DNA of 64,000 nucleotides from Tubiluchus corallicola (Eukaryota; Animalia; Priapulida): assembly GCA_030141605.1 (NCBI GenBank), contig JAQGDQ010000905.1:17774-81773 (forward strand), given 5' to 3'. Every line of letters starts with the position of its first letter. Position 1 is the stretch's first letter. The translations under genes and the position numbers were made by a program. Below are positions 51,846 through 64,000 of this stretch, one piece after another. The notes under the pieces are model-generated. The model had not been told where the DNA came from and ran no database searches. It saw only the letters and a program-made list of their open reading frames with translations.

Positions 51846-51907
51846 TCTCTCTCTCTTCCTCTTCTTCACTCTCTCTTTCTCTCTCTCTTTCTCTTTCTCT
51901 CTCTCTC

Positions 51908-51991
<84 letters not shown>

Positions 51992-51995
51992 TTCT
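51844..51995. repeat. (TC)n/(CA)n microsatellite
   Basis: Direct inspection. Confidence 0.95.
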
Positions 51996-52432
51996 ATATT
52001 GCTATAGCAGTATGTCAAATGAAAATGAATTATTACCTTTAATTAATTTATTAAGTAAAACTTAATCTCCTTTAATGTTAATTTAATAATTGCTGTAAAA
52101 ATAATAACTTTAATATACGTCTACTGATAGTTCACGTCCACTGATAGCAGCGTCGTGTTTTTTTACAATTCAACGGATACACACTAGGATTCTAATTGAT
52201 ATATTTCGCACTCGCGTTGGAGTACACACTATAAAAATGTTTGCTGCAAAACAGGATTAGCCATGCACGCTGGCATTAGAGTACACACTAGGATTCAAAT
52301 TGATATATTTCGCACTCGCGTTGGAGTACACACTATAAAAATTTTTGCTGCTCAATATCTGAAACAGTACGTGTACTCTAACGTCCGTGTAACAAGAACA
52401 ATTAAGAACGTCGTCTTTAATCCCAGGCTAGC

Positions 52433-52439
52433 TATAAAA
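52433..52439 (+). promoter_or_regulatory. TATA box of the Gln-rich secreted protein gene
   Basis: TATAAAA starting 43 nt upstream of the ATG (aaaATG at 52476). Confidence 0.6.
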
Positions 52440-52475
52440 ATACCCTAGCCGCCAAGGTTTCAGCACTACTTCAAA

Positions 52476-53096
52476 ATGCGTTTAATCTTGCTATTTGGTC
52501 TTCTTTCCGTTTGTCCTTTGGTGTTCGGAGGAAAAAACAATATTTCGAAGGTAATAAATATCATTTATATTAATTTACATTAGCATTTATTATCAAAATA
52601 TCTAAAACTGCTGATTAAAGTCTAAAGTTTTCTGAATAACATGTTGGGTTTAAAATGAATGTAAATGAAATGAAGAATAATTTTCCATGTTGTTTGAAAA
52701 ATCTGTTTTTTTAACAAAAATATGTCTATGTTACAGAAAATGGAAGGATTGCAATTGAATCCGGCATGCAATAGACGACAACAACAGCAACAAGAACAAC
52801 AACAAGAACAAGAACAACAACAACAACACCAACAACAACAACAACCACAACAACAACACCAACAACAAATTCTTGGACAATTCATGGCACACGTGCAAAC
52901 ACAACTTGAACGAATTTCACACATACACCAACAACAACAACAACAATTACAGCAACAGCAAGAGCAACAGCAACAATTACAACAACAGCAAAATATAAAT
53001 CGCAGAAACGGGTACAGAAACAGACAGCGGCCATACAACAACAACAGACGACGCCCAACCAGACCCAACTATTGCGTTTACAATTTCTTCAACTGA
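52476..53096 (+). CDS. Two-exon predicted secreted Gln-rich protein (exons 52476-52550 and 52737-53096; 144 aa)
   Basis: MRLILLFGLLSVCPLVFG signal peptide; AAG|gtaata donor; ttacag| acceptor; phase-0 join into the poly-Q ORF ending RRRPTRPNYCVYNFFN*. Confidence 0.7.
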
Positions 53097-53895
53097 TATA
53101 GAGAACCACTTCTGCATAGAGATAGACTTCTGCTTCCGAACACCAAAGCCAAAGAGATCTAATATAACCAACCGGCCCTTTTCAGGGCCACAAAATTTAT
53201 CCGAAAGAAAATTCTGATTTTGCAATTATTATTACTATTATTAGTATTATCATTAATATTATTATTATTATTATTTCCTATGGATAAGAGTAGCATAAAC
53301 AAAATAGAACTGCAGCTTTACTGGTAAGCAAGGGTTAGAAACAATGTACAGTAATTTTAATTAGCCAAAAGTGCCCCATACAGAGGGGACAACATGTTGC
53401 AGCATATCACACAGTACAATAAAGTAGGTACTTTAGGGCTTTACCGCGGCCTATTTATAGCAATAACAACTGCTACAGATTATGAAACATTGTAATTTTT
53501 GTCAGACATGACAATGAATGTGAGCTTTAAACGTAGTTAAATTCAAATGGGCAACTACAAGTGGCAAAAAATTCCACACATTTATAACATGACAAGCAAT
53601 ATAAAAAGACACCTGTAGTCATAATCAACGAGGCCAACTAGTAAGTAAAAATTAAGTCAGCTCGCTGAAGTCTAATGTGCGCAAGATAAAGAGACTACAC
53701 AGAAAGTTGCTCATTATAATTAAATTAGAATAATTCATAGATAAGTGGGTGGCACAACATTGGGCATTTTCCAAAAATCAATATCTCACCGATAATGAGG
53801 CAACCAAACTTGGCATGCCTACTCAAGTTTTGAACATATTAGAGACCAACAAATAGATAACCATAGAAAACACAGAAAATAAAGTGAAATTAACT

Positions 53896-54040
53896 CAACA
53901 ACACCAACAACAACAACCACAACACCAACAACAACAACCACAACAACAACACCAACAACAAATTCTTGGACAATTCATGGCACACGTGCAAACACAACTT
54001 GAACGAATTTCACACATACAGCAACAACAACAACAGCAAT
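53896..54040 (+). repeat. Partial duplicate of the Gln-rich exon
   Basis: QQHQQQILGQFMAHVQTQLERISHI is nearly identical at the DNA level to 52830-52950. Confidence 0.85.
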
Positions 54041-54064
54041 TAAAACTCGGGTTGATTCACCGTC

Positions 54065-54265
54065 AGGAGGGTGTAGTGGCAGTTTCAGGGTGTTTTACAG
54101 TCATTTGTTTGATGCTGTTACATAGTGTGTCGCTTATTGTTAGTCGTATGTTAAAGTTATGGGGTATGTCGTACGAATGGGGGTTATGTAAGCTATTTCT
54201 GTATATGGTAAATTACAAAATGTTTTGTTTCAAAAGCCGTCATTTATGAAAACTTTGGATTATAG
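54065..54265 (+). mobile_element. Diverged 3'-end fragment of the Penelope-like ORF
   Basis: tttgtttgatgctgttaca...gttagtcgtatgttaa...tcaaaagccgtcatttatgaaaactttggattatag aligns with 46460-46628, including the stop. Confidence 0.75.
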
Positions 54266-54861
54266 ATGGGTATAATGATAGTGTCATGTGCTGCCACCTT
54301 TTAGGCCTTGCTGCAAATTTGGACTGTATACATATATACTGAGGTGATACCTTCTTTATACAGAAGGCAATAGGACAGTAAAGTGCCACACTGTCTTGAT
54401 TCTGCTTAGTTTAGCCTGATTTGATCATTTTGTAAATGCTTGTGACTTGCAGTTTGTTGACGCTTTTCAGATTTAAATGCCAGAGCTGGCCAATATACGT
54501 AAGTTCAAAGTTTAATTTCTATTTGATGCAACATTTCTACTTTGCAACACTACACTTACAATTTGTTGTAATCTGTAACGTTTTTGATTTTCACACCTAA
54601 TTTTAATAAGGATATTCACACCTATTTTGATTTATTTCCCCCCCCCCCCAGAATAAATAACAGTTAGCAAAGCCAATGCGGAATTGGAAGTTTTTGTTCT
54701 GGGACATTCCGTCAGCTACAATAGACCTGCTTTTGACAGTTAGAAAAATATTGGAAATAATTCGGGTATCCGCAAATGTATCCATTTAACGCATTTTGGT
54801 AACACTGATTTCAGTATTAAAGTAAAGAGAGTTTTAAAATATGCCATACGTTAAATAATTA

Positions 54862-55651
54862 CCGTATTTTCCCGCGTATAAGAGACCCTTTTTTGCTCAG
54901 AATTTTCACTTTAAAAATAGGGGGTCTCTTATACATGGGAGTAAGTCTTTTCAATAAGATGCATAAATTGTGACACTAATGATTTTAAAGAAATAAGTGC
55001 TCTACAACTGTTTTATTTCGAATAATTATAGTTTCCTTTCAATAAATCTTCTCCATGGCTAAATTCTAATGATAAAATTAATGTACCGGGTAAGTTATTA
55101 TTTTTTTAAATGTCTCTTTGGTATTGGAGAGAAATCGATTGTTCTGCAGCCAATCAACGCATCTGCATAAGCTCTCTGCATGCCCGTCGACGTCATTGAT
55201 ACGTCGGCAGAGGTCAACGAGATGAGTCAGCCTAAGCAAGGCGTGTCGCGTTCGACTATGAAGCGGTTGTAAGCAATACAAGCATCGTGACACAGGCATT
55301 ATCTCCTTTCCTGTTACAGGTTTGCAGGTACGCACTTTAATATATACCAGTACTCTTTTTCTACAACACATTAACTGGTTTTATTTTGTTTTCAGTACCG
55401 CACTGAGTTGAAAAAAGTTGTACTCTACCCTCTAAAAATGTCCGAAATTAAAAAACGTGCTTCTTATCCTGCAAATTTCAAACTAAAAGTCATTCAATTT
55501 GCTGAAGAGCATGGCAATAAAGCTGCTGCAAGGGAGTTTGGATCTCCTCCTATGATTTCTATGATGAATAAAGTTATTCATTACCAAAAAACTTTTTTCC
55601 AGAATTTTTGCCTAAAAATTGAAGGGGTCTCTTATACATGGGAAAATACGG
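54862..55651 (+). mobile_element. Internally deleted pogo/Tigger-type DNA transposon
   Basis: TA TSD; TIR CCGTATTTTCCC.CGTATAAGAGACCC; ATG 55438 MSEIKKRASYPANFKLKVIQFAEEHGNKAAAREFG is a Brinker-type DNA-binding domain; no DDE domain. Confidence 0.9.
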
Positions 55652-55653
55652 TA

Positions 55654-55968
55654 TGTTAAGAAGAGTCTTACTGAATCCAGCCAAATAAGGAGAGCTTACG
55701 GAGTGGTGCCACGTCATGACGTGGGCGAGAGTTGACCCTCTTGTCAGACTGCGCACGCAGCTCATATATAAGTCGTGACATCAGCTAGAAGGAGGGTTGG
55801 TCATACTTCACACTCACACGCAGGACGTCTCTCGTAGATCAGGGGCCTTGGCATTGCTATCTATATATTATATTTATTGTGATGTTATTTAATAAATGTG
55901 TTGGTTCGCAAACAAAGTCTTGATAGCTTTGCCATTACTCAAACATTCATAAACAGCTACACACAACG
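55654..55968 (+). mobile_element. Solo-LTR-like sequence
   Basis: Starts TGTT; TATATAA at ~55764; AATAAA at ~55891; ends near CACAAC; no TSD verified. Confidence 0.4.
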
Positions 55969-56604
55969 TACTACCACTATACCACAGACTTAATCATTTT
56001 ACTATTAAGACAAGATAAGAAAATGAGATACAATAATTATACATAATTAGAATATATTATGTTATAAATTACATTTTAGTTTATATATAAAACTAGGAAA
56101 GCCCCCCCCCAAAAAAATTTCAGTATAAATACACATTATAATGAATAAAGCGCAAACATTCTACATAGTCCTCATTTACAATGCAGGCCAGTAGCAGCTA
56201 TAGGCAGAGTACAATGGAATGACGTCACAACAATGCAACCTGTCAGGAGTTCTCCAATTGAGAATTGCCTAAAATGGCATCTCTAATTAACTCGTCACCA
56301 CTCCTCTTGCAGGAGGTGTCCTAAAATGTAACCCACCTCAGAGCGTAGCCTATAGCTAGATTTTTCGTATGATGCATATAGAGCGAGGAAAATAGTGCCG
56401 AAATCGGAACTTTAGCCTTGAATTTTATACACATGCATATACCACCAAAATTGATACATTTATAATTCCAGAAAACACCAAAATTAATTATACAAACATA
56501 ATATCAATTACGTTCGAGCCATGTATAGATATTGATTTTGACCTAGTTTTGCGCAACTTGAAAAAACAATTTGGACTGCCGAGAATTGTAGCTAACCGTT
56601 AAAC

Positions 56605-57008
56605 CAGTGGTTCCCAAAGTAGGGGTAAATTACCCCCCGGGGTAATATGTTTTTTTCGGGGGGGGGGGGGGTTAACGGGCACCCCTCTGAAAATTTTTAA
56701 AACTTTGCTCGGAATACATTTTGTTGTTGTCATTCATTTCTTCTTGTTTTCGTTTGTTCAAGTAATAATTACTCGAACGAACCTGCTCACTCAGTAATGA
56801 GCAGGTTCAGTAATTGTAATTCTTGTTTTGGCAACAATACAACAACAACACCTATTTATGTCACGAGCAAACATAAATAATTTTGCTTGCTTGTGGCATA
56901 TTCGTGTGTTTACTTTTTGAGTTGGAGAAGTAGTACTAGGTGGGGGGTAATGGACACGACCGGGTTTCCCGATTTGGGTAACGGTCCGAGAAAGTTTGGG
57001 AACCACTG
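56605..57008. mobile_element. hAT (Charlie-like) MITE, 404 bp
   Basis: TIR CAGTGGTTCCCAAA...TTTGGGAACCACTG; perfect 8-bp TSD CGTTAAAC. Confidence 0.93.
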
Positions 57009-57062
57009 CGTTAAACTCATTCAAGCAGCAATTGCTAAATAGATAACGTGTATCTACCTTAG

Positions 57063-57317
57063 ATTTGTGCATCAGAGTCTCCCTAACCTCATATTTGTGC
57101 ATCAGAGTCTCCCTAACCTCATATTTGTGCATCAGAGTCTCCCTAACCTCATATTTGTGCATCAGAGTCTCCTTAACCTCATATTTGTGCATCAGAGTCT
57201 CCTTAACCTCATATTTGTGCATCAGAGTCTCCCTAACCTCATATTTGTGCATCAGAGTCTCCTTAACCTCATATTTGTGCATCAGAGTCTCCTTAACCTC
57301 ATATTTGTGTATCAGAG
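57063..57317. repeat. 30-bp minisatellite, ~8.4 copies
   Basis: Unit atttgtgcatcagagtctcc(c/t)taacctcat. Confidence 0.96.
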
Positions 57318-57616
57318 GCAAATGTTTAGAGCAGGTGCAGATGATATTTGACATCGATATTGTCTTTTAGTGTTTGCAAGACAACCAGAAGTTCTAGACC
57401 TTCAGAACCTTTAAACCTGGGTAAGCATTCATTTTTCTGATACACAAAAAATTTGCATTGATGATTTAGTCAAACCAGACCCAACCATGGGTATGCCGTT
57501 TGAAGAAGATTATGTAACTAGACTCATTTAAAGGAAAAGTCAGCCATTCTAGGAAATTAGGCTTATATTAATGTATGCGGAAAATGATGGACGAATAGTA
57601 ATATGTATGACAAGTG

Positions 57617-58229
57617 CCACATGTAATTGTAAAAACACTTTAAAGTCGCGACCCTTTCACGATTGGCTGCTCCCATTTTGAACGTTGATTTCATTTTATT
57701 TTGCAAGCAACATCACGCATGTTCTAAAAATAACCAGTAATTCAGAGAAGAGTTCTTCCGTTCCATCTTCAAACAGAGAGCAAAAGCGATACTTATTCAT
57801 CATCTTCATTTATTATTATTCTTTTTTTTTCACTTATGCCATGTTAGTTCTTTAGTTATTGCTTTATTTTGATTAATATTGTAGTAGCAGAAAAAAGAAT
57901 TGATGTCACTGGATGCAATTATTGTTAATTACTTAAATAAAATAATCAAAATAAAGCAATAACAAAAAGAAAATATAAAAACAAACATAACAACAAGTGA
58001 AACATGGCATAAGTGAAAAAAAAGAATAATAATAAATGAAGATGATGAATAAGTATCGCTTTTGCTCTTTGTTTGAAGATGGAACGGAAGAACTCTTCTC
58101 TGAATTACTGGTTATTTTTAGAACATGCGTGATGTTGCTTGCAAAATAAAATGAAATCATCGTTCAAAATGGGAGCAGCCAATCAGTGAAAGGGTCGGGA
58201 CTTTAAAGTGTTTTTACAATTACATGTGG
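57617..58229. mobile_element. Long foldback inverted repeat (~230-260-bp arms)
   Basis: 57617-57845 is the near-perfect reverse complement of 58001-58229; weaker pairing continues inward. Confidence 0.9.
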
Positions 58230-58657
58230 GTTTTTACAATTATAAGGGGTGAGTGACTAGATGACCTACGGTCTTTCCTCGCCCTATCTCCACGGATAAA
58301 GTTATTTTTTGCAAAATGGAAATTCGTGACACATTTGGAGAAAATAAATGTCTATGTCTATATGGTAAGACAATAGTTGTCAAATGGAGCATTAAAAATA
58401 CATCAAACAATAAGCAACAGCACAGTACATGATATAATAAAAATTATCCACTTATCTTTCAATCAGTGGTGAATTTCCTATGAAACACTCGACATCCAGA
58501 ACAAAGCTTCATGTAACAATGGTCCGGCAATGTGCTACAATCTTACCTAAATCACACAGTCTGTGAAATAAAAAAACAGATTAACCGAGTGCGATAGCTG
58601 CAGCCAATTTAGAAAAATGAGCAACAGCGAATCACTACCTAACGTAGTGCACCCATT

Positions 58658-58929
58658 GACCAGACGGTTTAGTCTAGTGGTAATGTGTCTGCTTTCCGTC
58701 TGGGAGGTCGTGAGTTCGAACCAGCAGCCGGGTCATACCAGACTTTAAAAATGGTACCTGCTGTTGCCCTGCCTGACGTGTGGTATTTAGGGTAAAAGTG
58801 GGGTAATAATAGTCTCTGTTATGTAGTTGTAAGTTGTTATTTACAGTCGGCGATCATAGCTCTGTGAGCTAACGTTAATTGTTGACCCAAAAGCCGACTT
58901 TAAATAAAGATTATTATTATTATTATTAC
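58658..58929 (+). mobile_element. tRNA-derived SINE (Meta-SINE-like central domain)
   Basis: A box TAGTCTAGTGG, B box GTTCGAACC, then gggtcataccagactttaaaaatggtacc, and an AATAAA plus (ATT)n tail. Confidence 0.8.
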
Positions 58930-60243
58930 ATGATCATGTAAGAAAGAAACAGTAAAACATTCCACAAACTGGTAAGAGTACTCAGTGGTGTACAAAATTA
59001 TAATAAAGAATGAATTTTCTCCTTTTGCCCGACAAAACGTTTCGGCCAGTCAGCTCACGCAATACAAAGTAGAACTCACTTCTAATTTAGGGCAGTGGTT
59101 GTCTTCATAGCCACTCTGAAAAAATCCATTAATTGCTTTTTATCTGAGATTGGCGATTGTTTTAACATGGCCGACGTTGGCCAGTTAGTTAAAAAACATA
59201 GTCTTTATCTTGGCAGCCGTGGTTGGCTTTATCGTGTACTGCGGCCACACTGCATGCTGACCAACAACGAACTATGAAATTTTCATCACACGTCAAAATA
59301 TAGCAACAGCCACATCAATAAATTCGAAATGAAGTCTCCTAGTACTTAGTAGTGTTAAGAGGGTGTACGACCCTTTGGTCATTAACAGAAAAAATATTAT
59401 AATATGTGTGCTTCTGTAAAAGAGTACAGTATACCTAATAATGTAATGAGAACGTTCCACGTAGTATAACAAACACGTGAAGTAGGACAACGCACAGCAA
59501 TTTTAATACCAACCTTGCCCAACTTGTCAGATCCTCGTGAATACTGCTCAACTTACGCACTATCTCGACTTTTCCTTCGTTTTATCGAATTTCGGTTAGC
59601 ACGGTATAAAAAAAAGTTATTACAATTTTTAATCTGCACGTTTTCTATCAGAGTGGAGAAACGCCCTCTAACACGTGGATCCCGGGCCCGCGGCTCGCGA
59701 TTATACGCCTGATGTGCAAAAGTCCAATGATGCAGCTTATTGGAAAGAACTTAAAGCTATAAATGGCCACCAGGTGGGAAGGTAAAAAGGTAACCAACAG
59801 CGACCTCAAGATTCTACAAGTAGTACAAAAATAAATTTGACAAAACTATTATTGTTATTAATAATTAAAATTATTCAAATTATTCATAGATTACTAAGAT
59901 TACTGTTACAGTCTTCCTATTTTACACAGTTGTAACCATAGTTTATAAAAATTGACGTTTCATAATATAATTATTATTAATTATTATTATTAATTAGTCA
60001 GTATTAATTTCTTGTGGGACAATAATTACTCTAAACTGGCACTTCCAAAAATATCATCAATTCGCAAAAATTCGTTTAGTCATTTCCTACTAGATTAATT
60101 AAATTGAATTTTAAAATCCAACTCTGCAGCTGAATGTTTTCACCAAAATCAATTAATTCACTCAGTTCCCCGGCCAGTGGCATCACAGATTTTCAAATAT
60201 AGTTCCTAAAAATCAATAATGAAATTATAGTCGCACTGTTACA

Positions 60244-60345
60244 CGACTTCTTCAGCTTGAGGGTTGTAGATTGTTGGAACAACATCCCTAAGAATGTAGT
60301 TTCTGCAGACTCTGTAACCTTTTTTAACAGTAAAATTAGTTGATA
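60244..60345 (+). mobile_element. CR1-type LINE ORF2 3' relic
   Basis: DFFSLRVVDCWNNIPKNVVSADSVTFFNSK fits the FF..RVV..WN.LP..VV.A.S...FK consensus. Confidence 0.75.
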
Positions 60346-61448
60346 ATTACACAGATGAACTACCAATACAGTTCCAAGGCTGTGCCGCCTAGTAATTTTT
60401 GAAGTGCTGACAGTTATTATTAGACAGAATGCCTAACATCTAGGACCGAATGGACATGGTATGATATGATAACAATGATCAGAACTGACAGCCATGCATG
60501 AGAAATCAGCTATGTAAATCACGCGACTGCAAATACTTCAATTACGCTGATTAAGTTGCTGGCCATTGAGAAATCTCACTTTTTCACACAATATTCGTTA
60601 ATTTTTTACAAAAAGTATTTGCAAGTAAAAACAGCCAGCGGATTTAAAGGGTACTTAATGCTTTGTAATGATCACATTTTTGTGTCAAAATCGTTTTTTT
60701 TGGTTTTTTGTGTTTTTGGCATTTTGCTAAGTGTTTTGCGCTGTTCTCTTCAGTAAGTGTTTTTCATGTGTTACCAGAAGATTATTCTCAAGTTCTTCTT
60801 AAACAAAAAACATCAAAAACACTTTCAAATTCTTTTAATACCTAATGTTTAACAAGAATATGTTATTAATGGAAATAAACGTTTTGTGAGCTAATGATAT
60901 TTGTAAAAAAAATTGTGTAAAATTTCACGCAACAGCAAGCCACAGCTTTGCTGTAACAAAGGATTACCATGGCAATTGTGACACGCAGCTGCTATGTCCA
61001 TTGTCCTGCTGTAGCTTCTAAAATCACACTGCCGGAATGCGCATTGCTAAAGTTGGCATTGCTCTTGTGACTGAGCAATTTCTTTATCTGCCATCTAGGG
61101 GAGAATGTGTGTAATTGCACTACTTGTAATTGTATGTAAAGTGGTGCCATCTCAAAGTAATAAATTACAACTGTATTCTATAATAACTGTATGGAGTAAC
61201 AAGCAAGAAAACTTTTTGTGATTGTCACTGTATGAGCCATCACTGGATAAAAACAACTTTTTGCTTGGTCATTATTTCTGGTCATGTTACATGTAGTGGT
61301 CCGAATAAAAAGTTTTGTTAGTATTAACTCTGACAGCAATTAAAAATAAACATAATACATGTGTATAATTATAATTACAACGTTAAATAAAATTTAGCCA
61401 AAGCCACTAAAACGGGAAAAATTGGCACTAAGTATGCGGGATTTGAAC

Positions 61449-61503
61449 CAGGGGCGGAATTTTTGCGCCCCCCCCCTGCTTGCCACATCTAGTTCCGGCC
61501 CTG
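61449..61503. mobile_element. 55-bp micro-MITE (hAT-like)
   Basis: CAGGGGCGGAA...TTCCGGCCCTG termini; 8-bp TSD atttgaac/atttgaag. Confidence 0.7.
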
Positions 61504-63243
61504 ATTTGAAGCACACAAACACATAAAAGGCCATGCTTTTATAATCTACCATCTTTCAGTTGCATATCAAATACACTGTCCTGGTTCAAGCCTAAACTTG
61601 TCACAAAACTTCATTTTTCAATCTAGTAAAATTGTTTTTGTTTCAACGGTTTTAAATGGATTAAATAATTTATAGTCCAGTAGGAAAACAAAGCTGCATT
61701 TAAAAGGCATACACAACAAAGGATTAAATTTAATGCTAAGCACATAACAATAATAATAATAAAAAAAATAATAATGATAATAATAATGTAGCGTGGGCAT
61801 TGTCAACAGATATGCTCTTGTAAGTACGGAAAGGATTTCTGTTCTGGCTAAGAGAGAGAGAGAGAGAGAGAGTTATCCGTCTGCTTGTTTTGAACGGAAG
61901 TGGTGCTGACAAGCCACTGGTGTGTTTACCTGTCTGAAGGCAGATTTCCTTTATTATAGAATTCTGCCTGCCCAATGTCTACAATAGATGTGACGGGCGC
62001 ACACTGCTTGTTTTTGTTTGATGTACTGGAAATTAATATGATTAATGTTTATGACTAATTACAGTTTGTTGGTATTTACTATTCAGCGTGGTTGTGTGAA
62101 TGGTCTGTCTAGAGAGCTTTGACATGCTCTTTCATTAACACGGTCCTGACAAATAGCGAGGTTGAAACAACATAGAGTTGTGTTTTATAACACGGAATTG
62201 AGTAACGACTACAGTTATGGACAGTGTGACGGGATGGCCACGGGTAACAATATTATAAAATAATAATAACAACATTAACAATAATAATAACAAAAAGCAG
62301 GAACAAACAAAGATCATGAGAAAAGTAGACTAGATCAAACTAGAATAACTTTAAAGCCAGAGACTGAAAGTCACCAAGGTACATAATTTGCTTGTATTTA
62401 ACTGCCCTTAAATTTGCCCTGCTTCCACCCTTTTCGTCAATAATTGTCCTGTTTAATTGCACCATAATTTACAGAGTCAATAATATTTAAATTCCATAGC
62501 AGTTTCACTTGAGGCACAATAATGCTAGCAGCACGAAGCATTTTCAGAGTTCCAGCAACTGATGATCATGAAAAGGTCAAAGGTTAAAAGTACTAGACAT
62601 TGCATTTGTGTACACTTGACAACACCTTGCAGTCCATGCTACTGTAATAGTATGACGAGTTCTAGGGTATAATTAAGCTAACGAGTAGATTGCTTTAACT
62701 TAATAGAAAAAAACAACTTTATTCAAGTTTTGCCAACGAAAAAGGTCAACTGAAACTCTGACAAAAAACCACGCAATGCCCGAAATCTTTTGCATTATAT
62801 CACTTATAAAAATATGCGTTGCTTACCACAAAATACGAAACGAAACACAACATAGTAACAGTTTTAACAGCTAGCTAGAACCTTACCTAGTTCATTTTTC
62901 TTGTTCTCAAGAAAGATCCTGTTATTAAATCACTCTGTGCACAGACTAGTGTATAATTAAGAAAAATACGCTTAACACAACTGAAGTTACTGAATTGATG
63001 CGGCAGATGAGATATGCCGACTTATGAACGATTTTGCTTTACAGGCACATAAATTACATATGAAACACAAAAAGAGAAAGATGGTAATGCAATAAAAGCA
63101 ATAATAACAACAACAGCAAAAAGTGTTATAAAAATCAGAGGATTACGATCTACTATACATAACTTACAGTTTAATGTAAAACACAAATAAAAATAAATAA
63201 CTGCTGCTCATTAAAACATTTTTATGTTGGAAGATATCTAGAC

Positions 63244-63561
63244 CTAACCAAACCCTAACCATTCGTTAAATCGTTCGTTCCAATGATATAGTCTTGTAAA
63301 TAATGTGGGACGATGAGTAAATTCTACACTAGATGGCGCTGCATCTAGTTCTGAGTCGGGTTCTCCGATAGTAAAATACGACGTGATTACGCCGCGACAC
63401 ATGGGACACTTGTCCAACCGAGGGAAGCAGCCGGAGCAGATGCAGGCGTGTCGGCATGGCAACAGTGCAAACGACGTCGGAGACTGCTGGCAGACAACGC
63501 AGGTTCCATGCGCAGAAGGTAAGGAGTCTGAGAGGTTGTCATTGTCAGCCATAAATAGTTG
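63244..63561 (-). CDS. CGRRF1: Terminal RING-finger exon of CGRRF1 (cell growth regulator with RING finger domain 1)
   Basis: Polypyrimidine-ccag acceptor; QLFMA...CVVCQ....FALLPCRHACICSGC...LDKCPMCR matches the recalled CGRRF1 QLFMSA...CVVCQ...LLPCRH.C.C..C...CPMCR; upstream exons lie beyond the window. Confidence 0.85.
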   Translation of the reverse strand, partial: QLFMADNDNLSDSLPSAHGTCVVCQQSPTSFALLPCRHACICSGCFPRLDKCPMCRGVITSYFTIGEPDSELDAAPSSVEFTHRPTLFTRLYHWNERFNEWLGFG

Positions 63562-64000
63562 CTGGAAAAAAAGAAGAAAGAACAATAATTAAAACGAGAT
63601 GCATACTAGTCAAGCGATGACAGCCCCCCTTTTTACATGCTGACCAAAGTTAAAGCAAAACTGGGCTCAATCTTAAACTGTAGGTCAAAGCAATCTATTC
63701 TCTAAAATATTGAAAGGAAACAACCTGTTTTTTTCAAAAATGACTTACGTAAAACAATTATTAGGAAGCAAACACAATTTCACATTCGCGCCACTAGTTC
63801 TTCGTTGTTACACGCATTTGGCCATTCGCAAGTTAGCCGGCCACTAGCACCTGCATTTCGAAAACGCGTTGCACAGAAAACAGGTGCTGTACCTCTCAGT
63901 TTAGACGTGATAGTTTGTGACAATCTACACACGTTCGACAGTTCATGCGTGAGCACAGGGGTAAATTTGAAATTTGAATTTTTATCTTAAAACTTGCCTA

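Noticed and set aside
58658-58735. tRNA gene
   Set aside because: A and B boxes are present but there is no proper acceptor stem or T-run terminator; it continues into a SINE body and tail
58450-59280. Exon-like and promoter-like signals (acceptor ~58561, donor ~59066, YY1-like AACATGGCCG)
   Set aside because: All tested splice combinations hit stops and no recognisable protein emerged

Overview
AT-rich, repeat-dense animal genomic DNA, most likely a bilaterian invertebrate (inferred from GT-AG spliced genes, CR1/L2/RTE-type LINEs, a tRNA-derived SINE and an 18S rDNA relic). Recognisable host genes are three minus-strand exons of FBXO4, one carrying an apparent frameshift, with a probable bidirectional promoter at about 13.3-13.85 kb, and the last (RING) exon of CGRRF1 at the right end. 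Three candidate orphan genes are also present: an intronless signal-peptide/TM protein whose stop codon and poly(A) signal are amplified into a 104-bp array, a two-exon secreted Gln-rich protein with a TATA box, and a spliced ORF with a Ulp1-like HW motif. Mobile DNA dominates the rest: an internally deleted BEL/Pao element and a solo LTR, a 5'-truncated LINE RT, pogo, Chapaev3, hAT, Kolobok-like and Tc1/mariner-like MITEs, foldbacks, and more than ten young, locus-specific minisatellites. The most unusual object is a Penelope-like retroelement family with four local copies or fragments. Its RT ends at a conserved stop with no C-terminal GIY-YIG, it is preceded by an unrecognised ~380-aa ORF with splice-acceptor-like sites, and it sits in a partial tandem arrangement. 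All calls were made by eye; no database searches were run.
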